Below the pieces are notes generated by a model that saw nothing but the letters and a program-made list of their open reading frames with translations, was not told the origin of the DNA and searched no databases. Shown piece after piece: positions 36,101 to 44,162 of a stretch of 64,000 nt of DNA. The stretch lies in assembly GCA_024400425.1 (NCBI GenBank), contig JAKSMV010000008.1, positions 11,676 through 75,675 on the forward strand, read 5' to 3'. Each line of letters opens with the position of its first letter. Within the stretch, counting starts at the first letter, position 1. The stretch is from Bacteroidales bacterium. Its GTDB lineage: Bacteria; Bacteroidota; Bacteroidia; Bacteroidales; F082. A program made the translations under genes and the position numbers.

Positions 36101-37625
36101 GAACAACAGCAATGGTAGGGACAATGGTCGTGGCAACAAGAACAACAACGAAGAGGATGGAGAAAAGTCCGACTCGACCAAGATGAAGCCAAAAGTCGAT
36201 TACGGAAAGATCATACTCGACAACTCGCTTCGCATCCTTACCTTGGTCAAGAAAGTGTCGGGCACCTACTCGTTAGCCAACGGCCAAAGCCTGCCTGGCT
36301 TCACCAACGACTTCAAGCCTGATGTGATAGGCCTAAGCACCACCTCTGGAGCACCTGGAATCGGATTCGTGTTGGGCAGCAATTTTGGCAACGATGCCAA
36401 CATCTATGACGTTGCTGCCAGCAACCATTGGCTCACCACCGACTCGATCCTCAGCAACCCTTACACACGCAGGAAGACAGAAACGCTCAATTACCGCGTC
36501 AACCTTGAGCCATTCACTGCCTTCAAGATCGACCTCTCAGGTAACCGCACCTATGCAGAAAACGCACAACACTATTTCCGCTTCAACGAATTAGCAGACG
36601 GATATGAGACCTTCACACCTACCAACGGTGGCAACTTCAGTTCGACCTTCCTGATGTGGAAGACCTCATTCGCCAAGGAAACGGCAAACGAAAGTTCCGA
36701 ATTGTTCGACGCATTGCTCAGCAACAGGAAAATCATTGCCGAGCGCATCGCAAAAGACAACCCACAATGGATTGAAAACGTCAACCAATACCAATATGAC
36801 AGCATTGCGGGCGATTACTTCCCATTGGGTTACGGATCATCGTCATTAGACGTTTTGATGTATTCGTTCATAGCAGCCTATTCTGGCAAAGACCCCAACA
36901 CCATGAAGCTCAACCCATTCCCAGCCATCCCGCTGCCCAATTGGACACTCTCATTCAATGGCTTGACCAACATCCCTTCAATTTCGAAACTCTTCAAGTC
37001 GGTCAACATTACTCATTCCTATAAATCGACTTACACCATCAGTTCGTGGGCCAGCAATATCTATTACGACCCGAACAACACCATCCAAACCTACGAGAAC
37101 TCCGACCTCATCGTTCCGAAATACGACATCCAGCAATTGGTGCTCAACGAGCAATTCGCGCCTCTCATCGGTATCGACCTTGGCTTGCAAAACTCCATGA
37201 CCTGCAACTTCCAATTCAAGAAGAGCCGCGCCATGACCTTGAGTTTCACCAACAACCAACTGACCGAAATCAACGGACGCGAAATCGTCATCGGAGCTGG
37301 ATACCGTATCAAGAACCTGACATTCAATGTCGTATCGCTCGAAGGCGGAGGCAACAAGACAATAAAGAACGACCTAGTGCTGAAACTTGACCTCGGATTC
37401 AAGAGAGACAAGACCATCTTGCGACGCATCGATGAAAACAACAACCAAGTGTCGGCTGGCCAGAGCAAGATCAACATCTACGTCACCGCCGACTACACCT
37501 TCAGCCAACGCCTGAGCAGCCAAGTGTTCTTCAAGCACGACATGAGCAATCCGTTCGTAGCTAACACCTACAAAAACAGCCAAACATTCGCTGGCGTAAC
37601 CATAAGGTTTAGCCTCGCACAATAA
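30195..37625 (+). CDS. sprA: T9SS translocon SprA (Sov)
   Basis: 2476 aa from ATG 30195; the track start at 30189 is a TTG. Signal peptide present. Its size and a beta-rich composition throughout are typical of SprA. The C-terminus ...NSQTFAGVTIRFSLAQ is a barrel-closing strand. Confidence 0.92.
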   Translation: MKRHILIALILTMTVLPLIGLLASNSGDIPSYKPYYPVQVEPDTTKVIYPIPVSTGNPTTDLLNQSPLYLKDPENIQTEVVYDPVTGQYTFKKKVGDFYFDVPTTLSQEEYLDYQTKKSITEYWKERRSQNAKSTTNGTSLIPPMFVGGKAFETIFGSNTVDIRPQGSVDLTFGIKHNYRADPSLSQKRQHQTNFDFDQDIQLNVMAKIGDKINFNINKNTKATFNFQDKLALKYQGKEDEIIQLLEAGNVSFPLNSTLITGTQSLFGLKSKLKFGKTTISTIVSYQESESQNITVQGGAQTNQFELSCLDYEENRHFFLSQYFRDHYEEALSTLPTITSGVNITKIEVWITNTNTATQDTRNILALTDLAEGTNAWIYNEEVEPTLGSEIYPRNGVNNLLTRMDTTQIRSISSVTNYMSNDPMRIGKTGYMISGRDFEKIENARRLNQSEYSFNSKLGFISLNITLNANQTLAVAYQYTIVGSNQVYQVGEFSDQGINTPQVLVAKLLKGTTVNTKMPIWNLMMKNVYNFRAYQVSSNDFMMNIFYNGNSNSTPMGYFTEGEKKGVALLHLMGLDNLTQQNNPIPGGDGMFDFIDHASTQGGTINASNGRIFFPVLEPFGKHIRTKIFPNEPDLAQKYAFDSLYTMTKTSAEQYSEKNKFTLSGYYSSQSGSEISLNAMNVQQGSVTVTAGGAQLVENVDYTVDYTLGRVTIINEGILNSGTPINISLESNSGFSALKKTFLGARVEHEFNPDFRAGATILYLGEKSYTQKINYGEEAIANTIYGADLSYHTEARWLTSAIDKLPGVSTKAPSRISIDGEVARFIPGLSKSASEANTSYIDDFEGAKSTIDLRLPTAWAMASTPQNQNDLFPEAAPGTGLAYGYNRAKLAWYTIDNSVFYDRYGSIKPKNITPDELSKHSVRQVLETEIFPTKDIAAGTPTNVSVLNLAYYPEERGPYNYDVRPSQYSAGVDAEGRLSNPTSRWAGIMRRMESIDFEATNIEYIEFWLMDPFADEEFQNNPGKLYINLGDISEDILRDGRKFYENGLPTTETVVNVDTTIWGRVPTMQDLVGTFSNESEARQYQDVGFDGLRDVDERSFFEQPYLAQLRNYFGESSVAYQNAYNDPSSDNFHFYRSSDWDNDEEHSSILERYRNFNGQEGNSPSDIQRTESYTTSNSTLPNAEDINNDNTLSESERYYQYEIDLDPTQMVVGKNHISDIFEATNIALANGEIGTCTWYQFRIPVKQPDKVVGRIDDYSSIRFMRMFVREFQRPIVLRFATLDLVKGEWRTYSQSIQAPGEYQPNDVTNETTFDISAVNIDENSRRDPVPYVIPPGIQQETVIGTTAVTRINEQSLQMTVKNLVDGDGRAIYKTADFDLRQYKYLKMFVHAEDYKQGEGDVEELQDQDLTVFIRLGTDFTENYYEYEVPIKVTSWGTPYTNKEAIWPEINNIDIKLEDLVEVKSHRNDAMNLPNSDVRLNYIYSEKVKKATIDGKDYYHTIKVIGNPSISDVEAMMIGVRNPKRQNLESIDDGLPKDAVIWVNELRLTELSSKGGVAATGRIEATLADLGRITLNGSYSSAGFGGLDSDIASNTFEANSQYAIATDLELGKFLGESGMKIPMHFDFGETRVTPLYNPYDPDIKLNDALASLESQTQRDSLSSMIHDLTRYKNINFMNVRKDRVTKKKKESDDEEKGQKANSRDPNKNMRQTPSLPKVHFYDIENFNLSFSYSETFQENTDIKYYLTQNYRGSLGYNYAGNPKNVTPFAKAKWASKPSMQFFKDINFYYAPKSITFNTEMTRNYSEREMRNKTGGMVIINPTFSKQWDWNRNYQVRWDLTKGLNLEYSAQARAFVYEPAGNPDKETEEWQLNRDTIKNELLHFGSTTQFQQNASATWTLPINKIPLLNWINASANYQGQYMWNASARSIQNRLGNTIENSNNIQGNATLDFTKLYNKVPYLKKVNTPQRRNNSNGRDNGRGNKNNNEEDGEKSDSTKMKPKVDYGKIILDNSLRILTLVKKVSGTYSLANGQSLPGFTNDFKPDVIGLSTTSGAPGIGFVLGSNFGNDANIYDVAASNHWLTTDSILSNPYTRRKTETLNYRVNLEPFTAFKIDLSGNRTYAENAQHYFRFNELADGYETFTPTNGGNFSSTFLMWKTSFAKETANESSELFDALLSNRKIIAERIAKDNPQWIENVNQYQYDSIAGDYFPLGYGSSSLDVLMYSFIAAYSGKDPNTMKLNPFPAIPLPNWTLSFNGLTNIPSISKLFKSVNITHSYKSTYTISSWASNIYYDPNNTIQTYENSDLIVPKYDIQQLVLNEQFAPLIGIDLGLQNSMTCNFQFKKSRAMTLSFTNNQLTEINGREIVIGAGYRIKNLTFNVVSLEGGGNKTIKNDLVLKLDLGFKRDKTILRRIDENNNQVSAGQSKINIYVTADYTFSQRLSSQVFFKHDMSNPFVANTYKNSQTFAGVTIRFSLAQ

Positions 37626-37708
37626 TTTTTTCGCCAAACTTGCTAGATGAGCACCTAAAATATGTATTTTCGCAGCCAAATCATTCACTATTAAATAAAG
37701 ACAAAAAA

Positions 37709-38098
37709 ATGAACATTCCAGCAAACTTAAAGTACACACAAGACGACGAATGGATCCGCGTTGAAGGCGAATTCGCATACGTCGGCATCACCGATTACGC
37801 ACAACACGAACTTGGCGACATCACTTTCGTTGATGTTGACCCTGACATCGTTGGCGAAAACCTCGACGCCGAAGAAGAATTTGGCGCTATCGAAGCCGTC
37901 AAGACAACAGCTGAACTGCTGATGCCAGTCGGTGGCGAAATCGTTGAAGTCAACGAAACCCTCGCTGACGAAGAAAACGCCAAACTCGTCAACACAGACC
38001 CTTACGGTGAAGCTTGGATCATCAAGATTAAAGTGAACGACGCTGCCGAACTCGACAACCTGCTCGACGCTGCCGCTTACGAGGCTAAGATTGGCTAA
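37709..38098 (+). CDS. gcvH: glycine cleavage system protein H
   Basis: ATG at 37709. MNIPANLKYTQDDEWIRVEG...GITDYAQHELGDITFVDV. Lipoyl-lysine context AIEAVKTTAEL. Confidence 0.93.
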   Translation: MNIPANLKYTQDDEWIRVEGEFAYVGITDYAQHELGDITFVDVDPDIVGENLDAEEEFGAIEAVKTTAELLMPVGGEIVEVNETLADEENAKLVNTDPYGEAWIIKIKVNDAAELDNLLDAAAYEAKIG

Positions 38099-38108
38099 TC
38101 CACTCCAC

Positions 38109-38519
38109 TTGAAAAAGCTGACCCGAAATAGCTACCCGGGAATCTTGTGCGGAATCGTCATACTGATTCTGACAGGACTTCCGGGTTCTTGTTTTCCTAC
38201 CGTCAAACCAGCCTTAGGACTCGACAAGATCGTACATATCTTCATGTATGCTGGCTTTGCCTTCGCCTGTATCTGGGGCTATCGCGAACCCTATTCACGA
38301 CACGACAAGAAACACCGACGCACGATGCGCATCAGGGCAACCATCATCAGTATCGCACTCGGTGGACTGACCGAAATCATGCAAGAAACCATCTGCTACC
38401 AACGCACTGGAAGCTGGTATGATTTCCTCGCCGACATCATCGGAACAGCATTAGGATTGCTGGTTTTCAGCATTTTTTTCGATAAAGAAAATAAAATTGA
38501 TAAATCTCGCGTTTTGTAA
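38109..38519 (+). CDS. VanZ-like family membrane protein (non-ATG start; exact start uncertain)
   Basis: There is no ATG before the first TM helix. TTG 38109 gives (M)KKLTRNSYPGILCGIVILILTG; TTG 38091 is the alternative. VanZ-like: GLDKIVHIFMYAGFAF ... EIMQE ... GSWYDFLADIIG. Confidence 0.62.
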   Translation: MKKLTRNSYPGILCGIVILILTGLPGSCFPTVKPALGLDKIVHIFMYAGFAFACIWGYREPYSRHDKKHRRTMRIRATIISIALGGLTEIMQETICYQRTGSWYDFLADIIGTALGLLVFSIFFDKENKIDKSRVL

Positions 38520-38579
38520 TCAAATAATTACTACTTTCGCAACTCAATTCATTAGCATAATACAAAAAGAAAAATAACT

Positions 38580-39260
38580 ATGGAAGAGAAGAAATCACCT
38601 AAGGCCAACTTGGAGAACAAGAAATTGATGTTCACACAGATAGGTCTGATTATCAGTTTAGCACTTGCTTGGATGGTATTCGAAATCAAGAGTTACGACA
38701 AACGCGAAATCGACGAGAGTCTGCTCAACAGAGAAGTCGTTTTGGACGAAGAAATGACCGAAATCACCAAACAAGAAGAGCAAAAGCCACAGCCAGTGGA
38801 ATTGCCAAAGCAAACCACACAACTTGAAATCGTGCAAGACGACGTAGAAGTTGAAGACATCGAAATCAATGCTGACGTCCAACAAACCGAAGTCATTGAA
38901 GAATATGTCGCTCCTGAAATCGAAGAAGAAGAAGTTGTCGAACAAGAAATCTTCCAAATCGTGGAAGAAATGCCTGAATACCCAGGTGGCGAAAAGAAAC
39001 TTCTCGAATACGTTGGTAAGAGCGTCAAGTATCCACAAATCGCACGCGAAAGCGGCATCCAAGGCCGTGTGTTCGTCAACTTCGTTATCGAACCTGATGG
39101 TTCAGTCTCGAACGTGAAGGTGCTCCGTGGTATCGGTGGCGGTTGCGACGAAGAAGCTATGCGCGTCATCAAGTCCATGGCTAAGTGGAAGCCTGGTAAG
39201 CAACGTGGTAAGGCTGTGCGTGTGTCATACACACTGCCTGTCAACTTCAAGTTGCAATAA
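38580..39260 (+). CDS. TonB-family energy transducer
   Basis: N-terminal TM helix, an acidic Glu/Pro-rich linker, and the C-terminal domain MPEYPGGEKKLLEYVGKSVKYPQIARESGIQGRVFVNFVIEPDGSVSNVKVLRG...VRVSYTLPVNFKL. Confidence 0.86.
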   Translation: MEEKKSPKANLENKKLMFTQIGLIISLALAWMVFEIKSYDKREIDESLLNREVVLDEEMTEITKQEEQKPQPVELPKQTTQLEIVQDDVEVEDIEINADVQQTEVIEEYVAPEIEEEEVVEQEIFQIVEEMPEYPGGEKKLLEYVGKSVKYPQIARESGIQGRVFVNFVIEPDGSVSNVKVLRGIGGGCDEEAMRVIKSMAKWKPGKQRGKAVRVSYTLPVNFKLQ

Positions 39261-39283
39261 TCCAACACAATCTACTGAAAACA

Positions 39284-39313
39284 ATAAAAGCCAGCCGCAA
39301 GCTGGCTTTTATT
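39284..39313. terminator. bidirectional hairpin between convergent tonB-like gene and uvrC
   Basis: AATAAAAGCCAGC-CGCAA-GCTGGCTTTTATTGTTT. It overlaps the uvrC stop. Confidence 0.7.
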
Positions 39314-41117
39314 GTTTATGGAAATAGCCGAACACGATTTTCGCCTTTGCGGGTCCAACCACAGCCGTAAGCTGCTCTTCCGTTGCCTCCTTGATGCATT
39401 TCACCGATTTCAGCTCAAGCAGCAACTTCTCGGCCGTCTTCTTCCCCACTCCCTTGATGTCGGCCAACTCGGAGTGCATGAAACCCTTCTCGAACTTCTT
39501 GCGGTGATGCGTGATGGCGAATCGGTGCACCTCGTCTTGAATATGAGTCAACAGGCGGAACAAGTCGGAATTCACTTTCAGTCCAACCACTTGAGGCGGA
39601 AAACCATAAAGCAATTCGTTAGTTCGATGTCGGTCATCCTTAGCCAGACCTACAATCGGGATTTCGAGTTGCAACTCATCTTGAATCACTTGACGCACCA
39701 CTTCCATCTGGCCTTTTCCGCCATCGGTGATAATCAAGTCAGGCAGCCGCTGACTTTCAGCCACTAGTCTTGAGTAGCGGCGGCGCACCACCTCTTTCAT
39801 CGAGGCATAGTCGTCGGGACCAACCACTGTCTTGATGTCGAAATGGCGATAGCCACTCTTGTTCGGCTTGCCATTCACGAACTGAACCATGCCCGCCACA
39901 GGATAGTCGCCTTGGAAATTGGAATTGTCGAAACACTCGATGACTTCCGGGAAAACTGGAAGATGCAATGCGTCCATCAACTCTTTCAGCACCCGCTTCT
40001 GGTGTCGTTCGGGATCAACCAGGCTGCGTTGTTTTTCTAGGTCGATTTTATATTGCGCTGCATTACGCCGCGAAAGATCAAGCAGTTTCAGTTTATCACC
40101 TCGTTTTGGTATTGTAAATTCTACATTGTCAATAGAATAATCCAATTTTATAGGCACTATTATTTCGGAAGCATGGTGACCAAACTGCTGGCGCAAGTCG
40201 GTGATGGCAAGCAACAGCAAGTCGTCAGCCGTCTCATCCAGTTGCCGTTGCATCTCGAATGAGTGCGACTGAATGACAGCCCCGTCAACCACCTTCATAT
40301 AGTTTACATAAAACGAATCGTTGTCATCAATAAACGAGAACACCTCGACATCGTGAATAGTTGTGCTGACCACGGTCGAATGGCTTCGGTAGTTCTCCAA
40401 CAAATCATATTTCTCCTTTATGACTTGTGCTTTCTCAAATTCCAATCGCGAAGCATAATCCATCATCTGGTTCTTCAAGTCGCGAAGCACCGATTGGAGA
40501 TTCCCTCGAATAATTTCCTTGATTTCAGTCACCATCGAGCGGTAATCGTCCTGCGAGACATAGCCTTCGCACGGACCACAACATTTGTGGATATGATAAT
40601 CGAGGCAAACCTTATACTTGCCCTTCTCGATATTCACAACCGTGAGCGGCGTACGGCACGAACGCATCTGATAGGCCTGACCCAGCAAATCCAGAAGAAT
40701 ATGCGCCGTACGGACAGAAGGATAAGGACCGAAATAATCGGAGCCATCGTTCACTTTCTTCCTCGTCAGAAAGATACGCGGGAAAGGCTCATTCTTGACG
40801 CAAATCCAAGGATAGGTCTTGTCGTCCTTCAGCAAGATATTGAAACGTGGCTTGTATTGCTTAATCATCGTGTTCTCAAGCAATAGCGCCTCCGATTCGC
40901 TATCAACGATGCTATATTCAAGGTCAGCAATCTTGCTCACCAAGAGCCGAGTCTTACCCGTTTGTTCCTTGTTGAAATAGCTCGAAACGCGGCGTTTCAG
41001 GTTCTTTGCCTTACCGACATAAATCAGCGTGCCATCCTTGTCGAAATAGCGATATACGCCCGGATTCGTCGGCAGGACGGCCAATTTAGACTTTATGCTT
41101 TCGGGCAGATCCAACAT
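39309..41117 (-). CDS. uvrC: excinuclease ABC subunit C
   Basis: ATG at 41117 (the track start at 41123 is a TTG). GIY-YIG motifs: PGVYRYFDKDGTLIYVGKAKNLKRRV. C-terminal HhH: IKGVGKKTAEKLL. Confidence 0.95.
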   Translation of the reverse strand: MLDLPESIKSKLAVLPTNPGVYRYFDKDGTLIYVGKAKNLKRRVSSYFNKEQTGKTRLLVSKIADLEYSIVDSESEALLLENTMIKQYKPRFNILLKDDKTYPWICVKNEPFPRIFLTRKKVNDGSDYFGPYPSVRTAHILLDLLGQAYQMRSCRTPLTVVNIEKGKYKVCLDYHIHKCCGPCEGYVSQDDYRSMVTEIKEIIRGNLQSVLRDLKNQMMDYASRLEFEKAQVIKEKYDLLENYRSHSTVVSTTIHDVEVFSFIDDNDSFYVNYMKVVDGAVIQSHSFEMQRQLDETADDLLLLAITDLRQQFGHHASEIIVPIKLDYSIDNVEFTIPKRGDKLKLLDLSRRNAAQYKIDLEKQRSLVDPERHQKRVLKELMDALHLPVFPEVIECFDNSNFQGDYPVAGMVQFVNGKPNKSGYRHFDIKTVVGPDDYASMKEVVRRRYSRLVAESQRLPDLIITDGGKGQMEVVRQVIQDELQLEIPIVGLAKDDRHRTNELLYGFPPQVVGLKVNSDLFRLLTHIQDEVHRFAITHHRKKFEKGFMHSELADIKGVGKKTAEKLLLELKSVKCIKEATEEQLTAVVGPAKAKIVFGYFHKQ

Positions 41118-41133
41118 ATACAAATCTGATTTC

Positions 41134-41157
41134 AGACGCGATAAATCGCGTCTCTAC
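41134..41157 (-). repeat. REP-like element: GTAGAG head + palindrome ACGCGATTTATCGCGTCT
   Basis: It sits in the 44-nt thiL-uvrC spacer. It differs from the 21562 copy by one extra loop base. Confidence 0.65.
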
Positions 41158-41161
41158 AAGA

Positions 41162-42217
41162 TCATTCCTGTTTGCGCATGTGGTCCCAGCCTTGTGCCTT
41201 GAGGGGAACGACATGGTTGTCAGGCGTTATCAATTCGGCGATGCCTTTATCATCGGTCATGTAACCAATCACACTGACATCGGTATAGATTTCCTTAATC
41301 TTCTCATAATCCTTCTGGTCGATTGTGAAGAGCAACTCGTAATCCTCACCGCCATTGAGGGCTGCAATAGAAGGAACGATGTTGAATTCTTTCGCCAAAC
41401 GGTCGGTTGAAGGGTCAAGCGGGATTTTTTCCTCAAAGAGTTGGCAACCCACGCCCGATTCCTTGCAGAGATGCAGAATTTCGGAAGCCAAGCCATCGGA
41501 AATGTCAATCATCGAAGTTGGCTTTATGCCCAAATCCTTGAGTTCCTTCACAATATCCTTGCGTGCTTCAGGCTTCAGCTGGCGTTCAAGCACGTATTCC
41601 AGACCATCGAGTTTGGGCTGCATATTCGGATTGGCAATCCATTCGGCTTTCTCGCGTTCGAGGACGAGGAGGCCCATATAGGCTCCGCCCAAATCGCCCG
41701 ATACGCACAGCAGGTCATTCTTCTTGGCGCCGTTGCGATACACGATGTCTTCGTCCTTCGCCATGCCGATGACCGTGATGGAAATGACAAGACCCGTCTT
41801 CGAAGAGGTGGTATCGCCGCCTACCAAATCCACTTGGTAGCGCTCGCAAGCCATACGGATGCCCGAATACAATTCATCGAGGGCCTCCACCGAATAACGG
41901 TTCGACACACCCAATCCGACCACAATCTGGGTAGGTGTTCCGTTCATGGCATAGATGTCGGAGAAATTCGACACCGCCGCCTTATAGCCAAGGTGCTTCA
42001 GAGGGGTGTAGGTCATATCGAAATGAACGCCTTCGACAAGCATATCTACCGACACCAAGGTACGGTAGCCTTCGTGATTGATGACTGCTGCGTCGTCGCC
42101 GACACCTTTCAGGCTCGATTCGTTCCGCAAAGGAAACTCTTGAGTCAACTGGTCGATAAGTCCGAATTCACCTAACTCGTCAAGTTCAGTTCTATTGATG
42201 GTATTGTCTTCTTCCAT
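41162..42217 (-). CDS. thiL: thiamine-monophosphate kinase
   Basis: ATG at 42217 (MEEDNTINRTELDELGEFGLIDQL). The track's longer ORF runs into the tRNA. Motif GVGDDAAVINHEG...VSVDMLVEGVHFD. Confidence 0.9.
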   Translation of the reverse strand: MEEDNTINRTELDELGEFGLIDQLTQEFPLRNESSLKGVGDDAAVINHEGYRTLVSVDMLVEGVHFDMTYTPLKHLGYKAAVSNFSDIYAMNGTPTQIVVGLGVSNRYSVEALDELYSGIRMACERYQVDLVGGDTTSSKTGLVISITVIGMAKDEDIVYRNGAKKNDLLCVSGDLGGAYMGLLVLEREKAEWIANPNMQPKLDGLEYVLERQLKPEARKDIVKELKDLGIKPTSMIDISDGLASEILHLCKESGVGCQLFEEKIPLDPSTDRLAKEFNIVPSIAALNGGEDYELLFTIDQKDYEKIKEIYTDVSVIGYMTDDKGIAELITPDNHVVPLKAQGWDHMRKQE

Positions 42218-42283
42218 GTTTGATAGTTTTGGATTATGTCCACAAAAATACAAAAAAAGCAGAGTCTCGACCCTGCCAATTTG

Positions 42284-42357
42284 TGGTCCCACTAGGACTT
42301 GAACCTAGGACCTACTGATTATGAGTCAGTTGCTCTAACCAACTGCGCTATAGGACC
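42284..42357 (-). tRNA. tRNA with CAU anticodon (elongator Met, or Ile2 if lysidine-modified)
   Basis: Hand-folded 74 nt: GGTCCTA acceptor / TGGGACC+A, anticodon arm ACTGA-CTCATAA-TCAGT, T-arm CTAGG-TTCAAGT-CCTAG. CCA is not encoded. It is not initiator-like (no GGG/CCC anticodon stem). Confidence 0.85.
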
Positions 42358-42412
42358 GCAAAAAACGAACAAAAACAGCAATTTTTTTGTTATTTACTTG
42401 CTTTTTGCGCTG

Positions 42413-42420
42413 CAAAGTTA
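42413..42420 (-). promoter_or_regulatory. -7 box TAACTTTG (minus strand) upstream of the tRNA
   Basis: Matches TAnnTTTG about 56 nt upstream of the tRNA 5' end. Confidence 0.4.
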
Positions 42421-42460
42421 CAAATTTGCAGAAAATTTGAAAGGAAAAATCTGATAAATT

Positions 42461-43111
42461 ATGACAGCAAAGATAAAAAACATCATTTTTGACCTCGGCG
42501 GCGTCATTCTCGGCATCGACGAACAGCTGACTATCAACGAATTGATGAAAACCGGCTTCTCCGACATAGAGCTGCTTAATTCACCCGAAGTCATTAATTT
42601 GATCAATAATTTCGATTCAGGCATTTACGTAGCCAAGACCTTCCGCAAGAAACTGAAGGCCGCACTGGGCATCAGCAAGATGACCGACGAAAAATTCGAC
42701 TCCATCTGGACAGCCATGCTCCTTGATATTTCAGGAGAAACCATCGAAGCCATCGAAAAAGTGAAGAAACACTATAAAATCTTCCTAGGAAGCAATGCCG
42801 ACGAAATCCATTACGACCTCTATGTCAGGGATTTACAACTGCGCTTTGGCTATCATGAATTTGACGACCTTTTCGACAAGGCTTATTTCTCATTCGACAT
42901 CCATCTGATAAAACCCGACCCGCGTTTCTTTGAATTCATCCTCGACCACGAAGGCCTCAATCCAGAAGAGACGCTTTTCATTGACGACACAGCCGAAAAT
43001 ATCGAAGCCGCCAAACGCCTCGGCATCAAGACCTATCACATCCGCCGCGACGAACTTGTGAGGAACTTGTTCACTAATGGCGTACTGAAAGACGAAGTGA
43101 TTTTAGGCTAA
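42461..43111 (+). CDS. HAD-superfamily hydrolase (subfamily IA-like)
   Basis: Motif I IIFDLGGVIL. Motif IV-like LFIDDTAENIEAAKRLGI. Confidence 0.8.
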   Translation: MTAKIKNIIFDLGGVILGIDEQLTINELMKTGFSDIELLNSPEVINLINNFDSGIYVAKTFRKKLKAALGISKMTDEKFDSIWTAMLLDISGETIEAIEKVKKHYKIFLGSNADEIHYDLYVRDLQLRFGYHEFDDLFDKAYFSFDIHLIKPDPRFFEFILDHEGLNPEETLFIDDTAENIEAAKRLGIKTYHIRRDELVRNLFTNGVLKDEVILG

Positions 43112-44095
43112 TTCGCAACCGCTATACGTCTTCTCGATTTCGTCGAGCAAAGCGTATATCTCATCAACCGAATTGATTTCCATCAGCCGCATCCTAAAAG
43201 GCTTGAAGTTGGGCAAACCCTTGAAATACGACGACCAATGTTTGCGGATTTCGAGCAGAGCAATGTGTTCGCCTTTCCACTCGACCGACTTTTCCAACTG
43301 GAGTCGGCTAATGCGCACTCGTTCAGCCACATCGGGCAGAGGCAGCTCTTCGCCCGTCTCAAAATAATGCCTGATTTGCTTAAAAATCCACGGATTGCCA
43401 TACGAGGCGCGGCCAATCATCAGTCCATCAACACCGTATGTGTCCTTGAAATGCTTGGCCGAAGGACCATCCACCACATCGCCATTGCCGATAATCGGAA
43501 TCGTCATGCGCGGATTGTTCTTCACCTCACCTATCAAAGTCCATTCGGCTGGTTCGCTATATTTTGTGGTGCGCAAGCGACCATGAATTGTCAAAGCTGC
43601 AATGCCGACATCTTGAAGCCGTTCAGCGATATCAACGATTTCGCGATGTTCATCGTCATAGCCCAAGCGCGTCTTCACCGTCACTGGCGTTTTCACCGCC
43701 TCGACAACGGCTTTCGTGATGGCCACCATCTTCGGAATGTCGTTCATGATGCCTGAACCAGCACCTTTCGATGCTACCTTTTTCACCGGACAACCAAAAT
43801 TGATGTCGATGATATCGGGGTGAGCCGTTTCGGCATAACGCGCTGCCTCCACCATTGGCTCGATGGAATTTCCAAAAATCTGTATTCCGACAGGACGTTC
43901 AAACTCGCTGAAATCCAACTTCTTGACGCTTTTCACAGCATCACGAATCAAGCCATCGGCTGAAATGAATTCCGAATAAACCACATCTGCGCCAAACATC
44001 TTGCAGACGTAACGAAATGGCGGGTCCGACACATCCTCCATAGGGGCCAGAAGCAAGGGATAGTGTTCAAAATCGATATTGGCTATCTTATACAT
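43103..44095 (-). CDS. dus: tRNA-dihydrouridine synthase
   Basis: ATG at 44095 (MYKIANIDFEHYPLLLAPMEDVSDPPFR). Also DINFGCPVKKV. Confidence 0.9.
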   Translation of the reverse strand: MYKIANIDFEHYPLLLAPMEDVSDPPFRYVCKMFGADVVYSEFISADGLIRDAVKSVKKLDFSEFERPVGIQIFGNSIEPMVEAARYAETAHPDIIDINFGCPVKKVASKGAGSGIMNDIPKMVAITKAVVEAVKTPVTVKTRLGYDDEHREIVDIAERLQDVGIAALTIHGRLRTTKYSEPAEWTLIGEVKNNPRMTIPIIGNGDVVDGPSAKHFKDTYGVDGLMIGRASYGNPWIFKQIRHYFETGEELPLPDVAERVRISRLQLEKSVEWKGEHIALLEIRKHWSSYFKGLPNFKPFRMRLMEINSVDEIYALLDEIEKTYSGCELA

Positions 44096-44119
44096 ACTCA
44101 AACGCAATGAAACGCGCTG

Positions 44120-44127
44120 CAAAGGTA
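44120..44127 (-). promoter_or_regulatory. -7 box TACCTTTG (minus strand) for dus
   Basis: Matches TAnnTTTG 25 nt upstream of ATG 44095. Confidence 0.55.
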
Positions 44128-44136
44128 CAAAAAGCC

Positions 44137-44144
44137 TATCTTTG
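44137..44144 (+). promoter_or_regulatory. -7 box TATCTTTG for the CPBP protease gene
   Basis: Matches TAnnTTTG 19 nt before ATG 44163. It is back-to-back with the dus promoter. Confidence 0.55.
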
Positions 44145-44162
44145 CAGCAAAATCACAACGCA

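Noticed and set aside
42218-42292. N-terminal extensions of thiL (to 42292) and exbB (49121..49237) given by the track
   Set aside because: The extensions overlap tRNA-Met/Ile2 (42284..42357) and tRNA-Ser (49193..49280). The internal ATGs give the canonical N-termini.
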